DNA of 64,000 bases, taken from Anaeramoeba ignava BMAN (Eukaryota > Protista > Anaeramoebae). A program made the translations under genes and the position numbers. Below are positions 1 to 14,129 of the stretch, piece after piece. Each line of letters begins with the position of its first letter. The stretch's first letter is position 1. The stretch covers positions 682,001 through 746,000 of the forward strand of contig JAPDFW010000081.1 of NCBI GenBank assembly GCA_028826165.1. Reading direction: 5' to 3'. A model generated the notes under the pieces. That model searched no databases and was not told the origin of the DNA. It saw only the letters and a list, made by a program, of their open reading frames with translations.

Positions 1-40
1 ATTAAAATTGGAATTGAAATTGAGTTCGAAATTAAAATCT

Positions 41-3000
41 TTATCCTTTAAAAGCTTGAGCCAATTTATGAAACTGTTCAACAATTACAGGAAATAAAGA
101 AGTATAAGATTCATGGATTAATTCTTGAAAATATTTAACAGCATCTTCATTTGATAAATCTAATTGATATTTCTGTTGAATTTTTAATAAACAACCATCT
201 TTGTCTCTTGATATATCTGGAATATTTGCATCAAGCATTAAAGAAAATAAATTCAATATTAAATTTGCTGATTTACGCAAAATATTAAAGGCTTCACAAC
301 AATATTGTTTAAACGAAAGAAATTCTGGACTTGCAAGATCTCCCATTGCAACAACCATTTCTTTACTTAGTTTGAATGGTGGAGGAAATGGTTTTGGATC
401 TCTTCCCAAAATATATCCAAAATCGATATGAAAAAGATGTCCATCAGGAGTTAATAATATATTATCTTTTTAAATATAAATCAAATATAAATCAAATATA
501 AATTAAATATAAATTAAATATAAATTAAATTTAAATTAAATATAAATTAAATATAAATTAAATATAAATCAATTATAAATCAAATATAAATTAAATATAA
601 ATCAAATATAAATCAAATATAAATTAAATATAAATTAAATATAAATTAAATATAAATTAAATATAAATTAAATATTAATTAAATATAAAATATAAATTAA
701 ATATAAATTAAATATAAATCAAATATAAATTAAATATAAATTAAATATAAATTAAATATAAATTAAATATAAATTAAATATAAATCAAATATAAATTGAT
801 TTTTTGATTTTAAATTGATTATAATTCACCTAAATGTCGATCACCAATACCCAAAAGATAAGTAATAACACAATATCCAGCACAACTCTTTACGTAATTC
901 TCAATAATTTTTTTTTCATCTTTTTGATATTCACTTTCTGAATTTTTATATTTCTTTCTAAAATAATTGCGAATTGATTTATATTTTTTCAATATCTCTG
1001 CAACAGCTTTAACATCATTAACTTTTTCAATAAAACCAAAATTATTACTCACTGCAAGAACCTTATAAGGTGTTAATTCCAAATCTAAATCTTCCTTTTT
1101 CAAAAGTTTATCCATTAAATTAATCATTTGAATAATTAATTGGTCTTGTCTCATATCATCACCCAATTTGATAATAATTCCATAATTTTGAGTAAATGAT
1201 TCAGAATCAATTTTCAAATCTAATCCAATTGGTTGAAGTGCTGATTTAAAAATGTATGATGTCTCATGACGAATTCCTGAAACTATGATATTTGGATTCA
1301 GTGGATCTGAAATTGGTTCAAATGTATTTAATCCAGAAAATTTTCCTTGTTGACCCAATAATTGTCGAAGTTTTGTAATTTTTTTGGGTCGATTTTCCTT
1401 CATAGATTTAATACTTTCTTGTAGTTTTGTTAAAGTATCTACATAATTTTTTTGTCTGTTAAGCATTTCCATTGCTCCAGGATTAGAAATGGACTTTTTG
1501 AATTAAATCAAAATCAAATTAAATTAAATAAATTAAATCAAATCAAATTAAATTAAAATTAAAATTAAATCAAATCAAATCAAATTAAATTAAATCAAAT
1601 TAAATTAAAATAAATCAAATCAAATCAAATTAAATTAAATTAAATTAAATTAAATTAAATCAAATTAAATTAAATCAAATCAAATTAAATCAAATTAAAT
1701 CAAATTAAATTCAAATTAAATTAAAATTAAAATTAAATAAAATTAAATTAAATTCAAATTAAATTAAATTAAATTAAATTAATTAAAATTAAATTTAAAT
1801 TAAATTAAATTAAATTAAATTAAAATTAAATGTTCACATTCAAATATTTGAATTTTGCTAAAACATTTGTAAACATGGATCCATATTCATTATCTTCAGT
1901 TGCAACTACTAAATACCAGTATAAACAACTTGCAAATATTTGACTTAATGTTGATCTTTCAATTAAAAAATTCATAAGATCCGAATTAAGTGGATCTTTT
2001 TCATAACGAATTGCTTGAACTAATTGAAGTAAATATTCAAGAACTTCTTCATCAGAAGTTTCTCTTAGTCTATCAACAGCAATTTTTCTAACAATTTTAG
2101 ATTGAAAAGAAGAAGAAAGAAGTTCAAGAGCTTCAGCTATAAAATATTTGATATTAAATTTTGGTTTTTTTATGTTTGGAAATTAGATTATTATTCCTGG
2201 TAAAAACAAATTTAATTCTTGTTTTACCAGTATCAATTTGAACCCATTCCGTAATTAATTCCTGCGCTTGTTTTTCTTCAGATTTATCAGTCCAATCAAC
2301 ACAACGCAGAAATTTTGTAAGTGCTTTTTTGTTTTTTGTTAAAGAATAACGATATGTCCACAACAATTCCTTTTCTAAATCTGTTAAATTTTTAGTTGGA
2401 GGTTGATGAATAATTTCCTCCATTTTTCTAATTTCCTCAACATTAGGTTTTAAATCACGATCCAATTCAGTTCTTCGAGATCGTGTTAATTTTCTATTCT
2501 TCATTTCTACTGGATTATCTTTGAATATTTCTGGATCCCAAATGCATTTTATATCATTTGGTGGTTTCGCCATTACTGCCAATAATGGTGGAATTGGTTC
2601 TTTTAATAATTTTTCTTGAAACATTATTTCTTCATGAACAAATTTCATTGTTTCATTTGTGATTTTCTTCTTTCGAAATGTTGGAAATTCAACTAATAAA
2701 AAAAATCTTCTTTGATTTTCAGAATCTTCAGAAAAAATTTTGGAGATATGATCTAAAATTGTGTCATCTAACCAATCCACTTTGGGTTTAATTTCGAATC
2801 GAATATCATGTTTATATTTTCTCATGTACTAAATAATTGGAACAAAAAAGTGTTGAAAATTTTTGGATTTTTTGTTAATATTTTTTGGAATTTGTTTATT
2901 TTTTTATTTTTTTATTTTTGAATTTTTAACTTTTTCTAATTTTCCAATATCTTCTGTTTTATGAATATTTCCTAATGTTTTGGATTGTGATAATCCATCA

Positions 3001-5021
3001 CCTCTTTGATTTAACCAAACCAAAAGTCTATATTCACCTCTTCTTAATTTTCGACTATTTGAAAAAGAAGAAATTTTTTATTTTTATTTTTAAATTAATT
3101 TTAAGTTTTCATTAATTGATTTTAAATTTTAAATTTTCATTAATTGATTGATTTATTTTAAGATTAATTGATTTTAAGATTGATTAATTGATTGATTGAT
3201 TTTAAGATTAATTGATTGATTGATTGATTGATTGATTAATTGATTTTAAGATTGATTGATTGATTTTAAGATTGATTGATTGATTAGGTAATTTAATTGA
3301 TTTGACAATTGATTGATTTTTAATTGATTAATTTTTGGATTTATTTTTAAGAATTGATTTATTTTTAATTTGAATAATTTATTTTAAGTGATTAATTTTG
3401 GTTGGTAATTTATTTTAAGAATTAATTAATTATTAATTAATTAGTATTTCATTGATTTTTAATTGATTGATTTGATTGATTTGGTAATTGATTGATTAAT
3501 TGATTTTTAATTGGTGATTGGTGATTGATTTAAAATTGATTAATTGATTTTAAAATTTTAAAATTTTAAAATTTTAAAATTTTATTTTAAAATTTTAAAA
3601 TTTTAAAATTTTAAAATTTTAAGCATTTTGATTTTAATTGGTTATTGATTGATTTATTTTTTGATTCAATTGGATTTTAATTGGTTTGATTTTAATTTGA
3701 TTTATTTTAAGATTGATTTATTTTTTTGGTGATTTATTTTGATTGATTTATTTTTAATTATTAATTAATTAATTTTAAGATTTTTGGTTGATTGGTAATT
3801 GATTGATTGATTTTTAAGATTGATTGATTTTAAATTGGTAATTGATTATTGATTTTAAAATTGATTTATTTTTTGATTAATTTATTTTTTAATTGATTAA
3901 TTTATTTTTTTAATTGATTTAATTTTGATTATTTTGATTTATTGATTATTAATTGATTGATTGATTTTTAAGATTTATTTTAAGATTTATTTTAAAATTG
4001 ATTTATTTTTTAATTTATTTTAAATTGATTTTAAGGATTTATTTTTAAGATTAATTTATTTTTAAGATTGATTTATTTTAAGATTGATTTATTTTTAAGA
4101 TTGATTTTAAGATTGATTTATTTTAAGATTGATTTTATTTTTAAGATTGATTTTAAGATTTTATGATTGATTTATTTTAAGATTGATTTTAAGATTGATT
4201 GATTTTAAGATTGATTTTAAGATTTATTTTAAGATTGATTAATTTATTTTAAGATTGATTGATTGATTTTAAGATTAATTGATTTTAAGATTGATTGATT
4301 GATTTTAAGATTGATTGATTTTAAGATTGATTTTAAGATTGATTTTAAGATTGATTGATTGATTTTAAGATTGATTGATTGATTGATTGAACCTTTTTTG
4401 TCCAAAAAGTGGAATTGATGTTCCACCAACAATTATTAAACTATTTGGTGAATAAATATCATATATTGTGAAAACAAGAAGAGTATCATATGGTAAATCT
4501 CGATATTTAAATGGAAATTGTATCAGTTCATACCAAGAGTATGATTTAGTAGGTTTATATCTAGTTCTTCTAGAAACACATAAAGATTGACCTCCAGAAA
4601 ATAATTCAGCTACAATAAAAAAATTTGAAGGCTCTCTAATATTCATTTTATAAATTTATATTTATAAATTTTAATTTTAATTTTAATTTTAATTTTGATT
4701 TTAATTTTGATTTTATTTTTAATTTTTAATTGTAATTTATTTTTAAATATAATAATTTTAATTGCTTGTTCCTAAATAAAATTACTGGCAATAAACTCCT
4801 GAATAAGGAAGAAATGGATCATCATCAAAACTATGAACATAATCATCCGAAATATTTCCATCAAACCTTTTACTATTTTTAAATTAAAAAAATTTAATAT
4901 TCAAAAAAAAATATCAAAAAAAAATATCAAACATTAAAACAGTCACATTATGATCAACTTCATAACTTGGAATAAATGTAAATTTTAAATCATTTTGTTG
5001 TAAAGTTGAAACAGAATCCAT
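41..5021 (-). CDS. VPS34: Class III phosphatidylinositol 3-kinase Vps34 (C2, helical and kinase domains), 8 exons
   Basis: Spliced frame starts MDSVSTLQ at 5021. It contains C2 'WYELIQFPFKYRDLP', helical 'ALTKFLRCVDW', 'GDDMRQDQLIIQ', and 'YLLGIGDRHL|DNILL...HIDFGYILGRDPKPFPPP'. All seven introns are GT-AG and phase-compatible. Confidence 0.96.
470..800. repeat. 11-mer tandem repeat AAATATAAAT(T/C) in the last Vps34 intron
   Basis: Directly visible array; same unit as 5770-7680. Confidence 0.9.
3110..4390. repeat. GATT/GATTTTAA degenerate microsatellite filling Vps34 intron 3
   Basis: Directly visible. Confidence 0.9.
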
Positions 5022-5102
5022 GAAAAAAAATGGAAAAAAAAAAATGAAAAAAAAAAATGAAAAAATTTTTTAATAAGAAAATCATTTTTTTTTTCTTTTT
5101 AA
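5022..5102. promoter_or_regulatory. 81-bp bidirectional promoter between Vps34 and RasGEF
   Basis: Head-to-head ATGs at 5021(-) and 5103(+). ATGAAAA tracts on the left and TCATTTT on the right give a TCATTTT motif facing each gene. Confidence 0.65.
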
Positions 5103-8100
5103 ATGTCTCAAAAAATTCATAAAAAACCAAGACCATTACCAAAGTTAAATTTTCCAAGACAAGATTCAAATGATCCAACAAAACCAAAACCTCCACCAAA
5201 ACCTCAACCAAGAATTAAAAAATTTAATACAATTCAAGAAATTCCTAAAAATTCAAATCAAAATTCAAATCAAAATTCTATTGAAAAAAAAACCAAATTT
5301 ATAAATAAATTAAAACAATTTGAAAATATTTCAAAAGCACAAAATGTAAAACAAAAAAAAAAACAAATTTTAAAATAATTTTGATTTCAAATTATTTTAA
5401 TTAAAAAATTTAATTAAAAAAATTTTTTCTTTTATAAAATCTAATTATAAATTTTCTTTTAAAAATTTAATCTAAAAATCTATTTTGGAATTCTTTTTTA
5501 TATTTATTTTTATTTTTATTTTTATTTTTATTTAAAGTTTCCAAATAAATTTGAAAAAGATAAAATTGTAAATATTCCAAAAAGCCAAAGTGAACAATTA
5601 AGAAAATCTCCAAATAAACAACAAGAAGAAGTTAAAGTAAAAATTGAAAAACCAAAAAAATCTTTATCTCAAAATTTCCCTGAACAAAATTCTGCAAATA
5701 ATTTCCTTAAAAAACCAGAAAAAACTGAAGGTAAATTCAAATTCAAAAATTTAATTAACAACATGAAATCAAATATAAATTAAATATAAATTAAATATAA
5801 ATCAAATATAAATCAAATATAAATCAAATATAAATCAAATATAAATCAAATATAAATCAAATATAAATCAAATATAAATCAAATATAAATTAAATATAAA
5901 TCAAATATAAATTAAATATAAATTAAATATAAATTAAATATAAATTAAATATAAATTAAATATAAATTAAATATAAATTAAATATAAATCAAATATAAAT
6001 TAAATATTAATCAAAATATAAATATAAATTAAATATAAATCAAATATAAATTAAATATAAATCAAATATAATAATATAAATTAAATATAAATTAAAATAA
6101 ATTAAATATAAATCAAATATAAATCAAATATAAATCAAATATAAATTAAATATAAATTAAATATAAATCAAATATAAAATATAAATCAAATATAAATTAA
6201 ATATTAAATTAAATATAAATCAAATATTAATATAAATTAAATATAAATTAAATATAAATCAAATATTAATATAAATTAAATATAAATCAAATATAAATCA
6301 AATATAAATTAAATATAAATTAAATATAAATCAAATATAAATATAAATTAAATATAAATTAAATATAAATCAAATATAAATCTAAATATAAAATAAATAT
6401 AAATAAAAATATAAATATAAATTAAATATAAATTAAATATAAATTAAATATAAATTAAATATAAATTAAATATAAATTAAATATAAATTAAAATAAATAA
6501 ATATAAATTAAATATAAATTAAATATAAATTAAATATAAATTAAATATAAATTAAATATCAAATAAAAATATAAATTAAATATAAATTAAATATAAATAT
6601 AAATATAAATTAAAATATAAATCAAATATAAATTAAATAAATTAAATATAAATTAAATATAAATTAAATATAAATTAAATATAAAAAATATAAATATAAA
6701 TTAAATATAAACCAAATATAAATCAAAAAATTAAATATAAATAAAATAAAATCAAATATAAATAAATATAAATATAAAATATAAATTAAATATAAATTAA
6801 ATATAAATCAAATATAAATCAAATATAAATCAAATATAAAATATAAATTAAATATAAATTAAAATAAATTAAATATAAATTAAATATAAATTAAATATAA
6901 ATCAAAATAAAAAATATAAATCAAAATAAATAAATATAAATCAAATATAAATTAAATATTAATTAAATATTAATCAAATATAAATCAAATATAAATCAAA
7001 TATAAAATTAAATATAAATCAAATATAAATTAAATATAAATCAAAATATAAATCAATTATAAACTAAATATAAATCAAATATAAATCAAATATAAATTAA
7101 ATATAAATTAAATATAAATTAAATATAAATCAAATATAAATTAAATATTAATCAAATATAAATCAAATTAATATAAATTAAATATAAATTAAATATAAAT
7201 TAAATATAAATCAAATATAAAATATAAATCAAATATAAATTAAATATAAATCAAATATAAAATTAAATATAAATATAAATAAATATAAATATAAATCAAA
7301 TATAAATTAAATATTAATTAAATATAAATTAAATATAAATTAAATATAAATATAAATTAAATATAAATTAAATATAAATATAAATATAAATCAAATATAA
7401 AATTAAATATAAATTAAATATAAATCAAATATAAATCAAATATAAATCAAATATAAATTAAATATAAATTAATTATAAATTAAATATAAATTAAATATAA
7501 ATTAAATATAAATCAAATATAAATTAAATATAAATCAAATATAAATCAAATATAAATTAAATATAAATTAAATATAAATCAAATATAAATTAAATATAAA
7601 TCAAATATAAACTAAATATAAATTAAATATTAATTAAATATAAATTAAATATTAATCAAATATTAATCAAATATAAATCAATTTGAATTCAAAAATTATA
7701 GAAGTTCAAAATAAAAGCGAACCTACAGAAAATTCTAAGAAAAATTGGTTTCCAAAAGTTTTACGAGAACATCCTGATGTTTTATCTCTTAAAGAAAGAG
7801 TTTTACCGCTTACAAAAGAAGAATCGTAAATCAAAAAAATAAGAAGATAAATCTAATAAAATAAAAATATTTAAATATTAATATGAATTCTAGACTTGGA
7901 AAACTTTATCAACTCGGATACACTGAAACAAAAGAAAGTCTTACAGAAAAAAATTTAGTTGAACTTATTTTAAAATTTTTATATCATCATGGATATGATC
8001 AAACACTTCGTTCTTTAGAAGTTGAAAGTGGTGTTTTTTTTGAACATTATCATAGAAAAGAAGATTCTTTAAAACAATTACTGGAAATTTCATTACAAAA

Positions 8101-9867
8101 CACAGAAAATTTATGGGATTCAAAATATCCTTTTGAACAAAAAAATGAAGAAGATCCAGAAGTTTTGTTTTCAGGAGCTTCAATAGATTGGGAGTAAAAA
8201 TTAAATCCAAAAATTCAAAATCCAAAATCCAAAATTCAAAAATTCAAAATTCAAAAATTCAAAATTCAAATTTCTTTGTTTTTTCTTTGATTTTTATTAG
8301 TAATGAAGAATCTTTGGAAAATGATATTTCAGTTTGGGATGAACCTCCTGATTCCGAAGAGAATATTATAGTGATAATCGATTCAGGTATTTTATTTCTA
8401 CAAATTGAACCTAAAAATAAAAAATAATAATAATAATTATTTCCAAAAAATTTCATCTTGATTTAATTGATTAAAAAGAAACTAAAAAAGAGGAAATTCG
8501 AGCAGGAACTTTAAACAAATTAATAGAAAGATTAGCAAGTGATACAAGTCAAGATCTTAAATTTGTTCAAATCTTTTTGATTACTTATCAATCCTTTACA
8601 ACACCAAATAAACTTTTAAACAAATTAATACAAAGGTTAATAATAAAAAGAAAAACCAAAAAAAAACAAAAGTATTGATTTTCCAAATCATAAATCAAAA
8701 AATATATCAAAATTGTTATTATAATAATATAGATTTCATGTTCCAGAAAATCTTGATGATGCAAATTTTAAAATATTTAAGGCTAAAATTCAATTAAGAG
8801 TATGCAATGTTATTCGAAGTTGGATTGAAAAGCATCTCACTGATTTTAATGAAAAGCTTATAAAAGATATTTATAATTTTGTTAATACTTCTCTCACTGA
8901 AAAAACTTTAGTTAGTATTGGTGCTTCAATTTTAAAAGCAATTTCAAAATCAAGTGATGATCAAGCAATTCAAGATGATGAAGCATATTTAGATCAAAGA
9001 CCAGAACCAATTTTACCAAAAAATATTTTTAGTCGTTCACTATCCTTGCTAGATATTAATGAAGAAGAAATAGCAAGACAAATTACTTTGAAGGAATTTA
9101 ATGTTTGGCAAAAGATTAAAGTATATTATTGAGCCAAAACAAATTCAAAATTCATTTATAAAATTAAAATTAAATTCAAAAATTCAAAATTAAAATTATT
9201 TAAAAAATTCAAAATTCAAAATTAAAAAAAGCCACGAGAATTATTAAATTTAGCTTGGAGTAAACCAAAACTAAAACACAGATCTCCAAATGTTTTGCAA
9301 ATGATCCATAATTTTAATGTATTATCGAAATTAGTTACATTTACAATAATAGAATGTGAAAAAATGCAAAAAAGAGTTAAAGCAATAGAAAAAATCATCA
9401 AAATTGGAGAACAATTATATCTATTAAAAAACTTCAATGATTTATTAGCAATTCTTTCAGGTTTAGACGACTCATCAATCACAAGATTGAAAGAAACATG
9501 GGAATTAGTATCAAATAAATCAATGGAAACCAAAAAAAAATTAAGTGATGTTATGTCGCATACTGGTTCTTTTAAAGCATATAGAGAAGAAATCAAATCT
9601 GTTAATCCACCTTGTCTTCCTTATCTTGGTATTTATTTGACTGATTTAACTTTTATTGAAGATGGAAATGATGATTTTATTGGATCTTTAATTAATTTTC
9701 GTAAAAGAGCTTTGATTGCAGAAGTTATTCTTCAAATCCAACAATTTCAACAAAAAAGATATAATTTTCAACCTGTTTATCAAATTTCTTATTTGTTAGA
9801 AGATTGTCCTTATTCAGCTGATTATTTTTATAGCAAATCTCTTCAAATTCAACCAAGAAAAAAATAA
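5103..9867 (+). CDS. LisH-REM-CDC25 Ras guanine-nucleotide exchange factor (Aimless/GefA-like architecture), 8 exons
   Basis: LisH 'LVELILKFLYHHGYDQTLRSLEVESG', REM 'IRAGTLNKLIERL...FLITYQSFTTP', CDC25 'LKNFNDLLAILSGL...PPCLPYLGIYLTDLTFIEDGN...INFRKR'. GT-AG introns keep the frame. Confidence 0.93.
5770..7680. repeat. ~1.9-kb 11-mer array AAATATAAAT(T/C) in RasGEF intron 2
   Basis: Directly visible; intron bounded by GT near 5731 and AG near 7701. Confidence 0.92.
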
Positions 9868-10116
9868 CAATAAAAATTAATTGAAATTTGTTTTTGAATT
9901 CGAATTTTTTGATTTTGAAATAAAAATTCTTTTAAAATCAAAATCAAAATCAAAATCAAAATTAAAATCAAAATTAAAATTAAAATGAAAATTAAAACCA
10001 AATTAAAATCAAAATCAAATTGGAAATTAAAATCAAAATGAAAATGAAAATTAAAATCAAAATCAAAATGAAAATGAAAATCAAAATCAAAATCAAAATC
10101 AAAATCAAAATTAAAG

Positions 10117-13100
10117 TTAATAAAGTTGAGCCATCATCAATAAAACAAGTGTAGTCCAACCATTAAATGGATTATTATTATAACCAAGACCAGTGAAAGG
10201 CATATAAGTTTCCCATAAAGATCCATGAGTTTTAAAATATTCTTTGATAACATTATTAATAACTGTTTCTTCAATACGATTTCTTAAAGTTTTTGCTTCT
10301 GGATAATATTGTTCATAAAATTTCAATCCTTGAGAACACATATAATTCATATTAATCCAAATATTTCCTCTCCAATAATTCCCTGAAAGCATAAAAGCTG
10401 AATCTTTTGAAGATAAACTTCTCAATCCTGCTTGTTCATCAAATAAGATTGATGTGTTATTCATCACTTGAATCATTTCTTTAACTCTTTGATTATTTCC
10501 ATTATCAATTGGTTCAATTCCTAAACAAACAGGAAAAACACTTATAATTCCAACATGTTCAATTTTTTCATCCAAAGTTCCGTTTTGATATCTTGTGTCT
10601 TGATATACATGTTGTTTTGAATTCCAAAATATTTCCCTCATTTTTTTCAGTGTTTCTGTGTATTCTAAATGATAAAGACTTTGATTTTTTGTATCTCCTA
10701 CTTCTTGTGCAAAATACTGCATTACATAACTTAATTTAACCATCCAACTTTGAATATCAATATCAACTTCTTGTTTTGTTGGTTCTGGAGCTCTTGGATA
10801 ATCTAAATATAAATATAAATATAAATTAAATATAAATATAAATATAAATATAAATTAAATATAAATATAAATATAAATATAAATCAAATATAAATATAAA
10901 TATAAATATTTTACCATCAAGACCTGAATCTAATGTTCCATCACCTACTCTTCCAAGCCAAACAAAAGTATAAGGAGTTACTGTAGATAAGCAATTATTC
11001 CAATAAAAATCATAAGTTTTTTGCAATTTGGGATAAATCGATTTAAGAAAAGTGATTCTAGATTGAGGATCTTGTTGATAATATTCAAAGAGAGTAAAAA
11101 AGAAAATAGGAGGATTCATTTGATTTGTGATTCCTGCCCATGCCCATTCTGGTGCTCGGCTTTGCGCTTCAGATCCTATTATCATTTCTCTTGCAATCCA
11201 TCCTGTAGTCTCGTTTTGTAAATTGAACCAACTAGTCATAATATTCTCAAATAATTTAGGTTCCCATCTCCAGACAATTTTATCATGAAATCCTTCATCC
11301 CCTTTTATTTATATTTAATATTTAATATTTAATATTTAATATTTATATTTAATATTTAATATTTAATATTTAATATTTAATATTTAATTTAATATTTAAT
11401 ATTTTATATTTAATATTTATTTATTTTATATTTAATATTTAATATTTATTATTTATATTTTAATATTTAATTTATTATATTTAATATTTTATATTTAATA
11501 TTTAATATTTTATATTTATTATTTAATTTATTATATTTAATATTTAATTTATTATATTTAATATTTAATTTATTATATTTTATATTTATTATTTTATATT
11601 TAATATTTAATTTATTATTTTATATTTAATATTTTATATTTTTTACAAAAGAATGGACGAGGAAAATAAAATTTGTTTGGAATGCAACTATATAATTCAT
11701 TATCATAAAATTCAAAAGTTTTGTTTTCATAAGGATCATAAATATATCTAGTTCCATAAAAATAGGACAAACCACCCAAAAGATGAGAAAGAACTTGTTT
11801 TCCAAATTGATTATGAGTAGCATTTATAATTTGGCTGCCAAAAATAGAATCAAATTTAGAATCAAAAGCAAGTTGTTGCTGGATAAATTGTTCGTCAAAA
11901 ACAAAAGAAGATGGAATAGGATCATCTTCAGAATCAAAATAAACAATCCATTCAAAAGGAGTTTGAAAAACCTTATGAATAATCGCGAAATTGGGAACTC
12001 CTTTGCTATAATCTGTTTTATTTGGTAATTGAAAAATACCACCTCCATAATGATTGAATTGGGAAGTGATGATATCTGTTGCTAAATATGGTTCATCGTT
12101 TCGGACTGCATAATAACTTGTTACTAATGGTTCTTTTGATTGAAAATGTGTTTTTAAATTGATAATTCCATTGTAATCACTTGAATATGAACTAATAAAT
12201 GGTTGTTTGTCTTCAAAGTTTATTGAACAAATTGCTGATTTATCTTCTGTTGATATCGATAGATATGAATAAACTGAAATTGTTGCTTCTTCTTCTAAAT
12301 TTGATTGTCCAACTATTTTCATTGCTACTGAATTGTTTTGATTTGTTGGTTTTATATAATAAAATTCAAGTTCTGAATCCATTTTATATGTATCTTCCAT
12401 ATAAACATGTGAAAAATTAATTCCATCTGCTCTTACAACTCTGTAATTTATTCTATCATCATATTGGCATACTTCTCTTGGTTTTAAAAATTGTCCTTTT
12501 TTTTGAAAGTTTTTTCAATTATTTATCATTTATTAATCAATTATTAATTATTTATTAATTATTAATTATTTATTTATTATTTATTATTAATTTATTAATT
12601 ATTTATTATTTATTTATCAATCATTAATTAATTATCAATTATTTATTAATTATTTATTAATTATTTATTAATTATTTATTAATTATTTATTTATTAATTA
12701 TTATTTATTTATTATTTATTTATTATTTATTAATTATTTATTAATTATTTATTAATTATTTATTAATTATTTATTTAATATTTATTTACTAATTATTTAT
12801 TATTTATTAATCAATTAATTATTTATCATTTATTTATTATTAATTATTTATTATTTATTATTTATTTATTATTTATTTATTTATTTTATTTATTTATTAT
12901 TTATTATTTATCAATTATTTATTATATCATTTATTAATTATTAATTATTTATTATTTATTTATTAATTATTTATCAATTATTTATTTATTAATTATTAAT
13001 TATTTATTTACCATGTTCTTGTAAGTGTTCATGATAAACAAAAGAAGAATAAATTGTATTTTTAGATTTTGTTTGAATTCCATTATAAACTGGTGGTCTT

Positions 13101-13265
13101 GGAAGAATAAAATCTCTTTCAAATGTTGTTTCTTTTATTGCTTTTTTTTTTTAAAACTTCAATTTAAAATTTAAATTTTTAAATCATTTTTGAGTTAAAT
13201 TTACAAGCAGTTTGAGAAGAGAAAAAGAAGAAGAGAAAAAGAAATAAAATGTAAAAAGAATTCAT
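10117..13265 (-). CDS. MOGS: Mannosyl-oligosaccharide glucosidase I (GH63), 5 exons
   Basis: Spliced motifs 'FPRPFF|WDEGFH', 'GWIAREMIIGSEA', 'LDSGLD|DYPRA', 'GLRSLS', 'YWRGNIWINMNY', 'LWETY', 'PFNGWTTLV'. Hydrophobic N-terminus from ATG 13265. Confidence 0.92.
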
Positions 13266-13563
13266 TAATTTTCTTTTTATTATTTTTGTTTGTAAAAAAA
13301 TGAAAAAATGAAAAAAAAAAATTTAAATTGATTTTCTCCTTTTTATTTTAAATTAAATTTTCTCCTTTTTTTTTTATTTTCTTATTTTTTTGAAATGATT
13401 AGATAAGTATTTGTTTTTAATATTATTTTATATATTATATAAAAAATATGTAGATAATAAATTTATTTAAAAAAATTTAATTTAAAAACAAATTAAAAAA
13501 ATTTTTTTTATTTTTTCATTTTTTTATTTTTCATTTTTTTTCTATTATAAAAAAAATTTTAAT

Positions 13564-13946
13564 ATGCAAATTAAAGTTAAACTTTTAACTGGAAGAGAGG
13601 TTTGTATTTTTTATATTAAAATTAAATTAAATTAAATTAAATTAAAATTGAAAGTTGAATTAAAAATTTAAAATTGAAATTAAATTAAATTAAAAAAATT
13701 GGAATTAAATTGGAATTAATTTGAATTAAATAATTTTATTTAAAATATAAAAAGGTTGCAATTACAGTTGAGCCAACAGATACAGTGCTCAAAGTTAAAG
13801 AAAGAGTTGAAGAAGTTCAAGGAATTCCTGTTCCACAACAAAGAGTTGTCTTTTCAGGAAACGTTTTAAAAGATGATAAAACATTGGAAGAAATTGGTTT
13901 AAAACATGGATCTGTTGTTCATTTGGTTCTTGCTTTAAGAGGATAA
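13564..13946 (+). CDS. NEDD8: NEDD8/Rub1-like ubiquitin-fold protein, 75 aa, ending LALRG-stop (intron 13600-13754)
   Basis: Spliced: MQIKVKLLTGRE|VAITVEPTDTVLKVKERVEEVQGIPVPQQRVVFSGNVLKDDKTLEEIGLKHGSVVHLVLALRG*. Ala72 is NEDD8-diagnostic. Not in the ORF track. Confidence 0.85.
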
Positions 13947-14129
13947 ATCCCTTTTACTTTGATTTTTTTTACTTTGATTTTTTTTCTTTTTTTCTTTTTT
14001 GGTTCTTTTCTCTATTGATTCTTCTTTGCTTTTTACGTTTTAATTCCTTTTTTTTTTCTTTTAAGATTCCAATAAAAAATAATTGATAAAAATTTGACTT
14101 AATTTCAATTTCTTTTATAAAATGTTTGA

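Noticed and set aside
13940-13960. U12 AT-AC intron supplying the missing NEDD8 Gly76
   Set aside because: The sequence after GG is ATAAATCC, not the U12 donor ATATCCTT.
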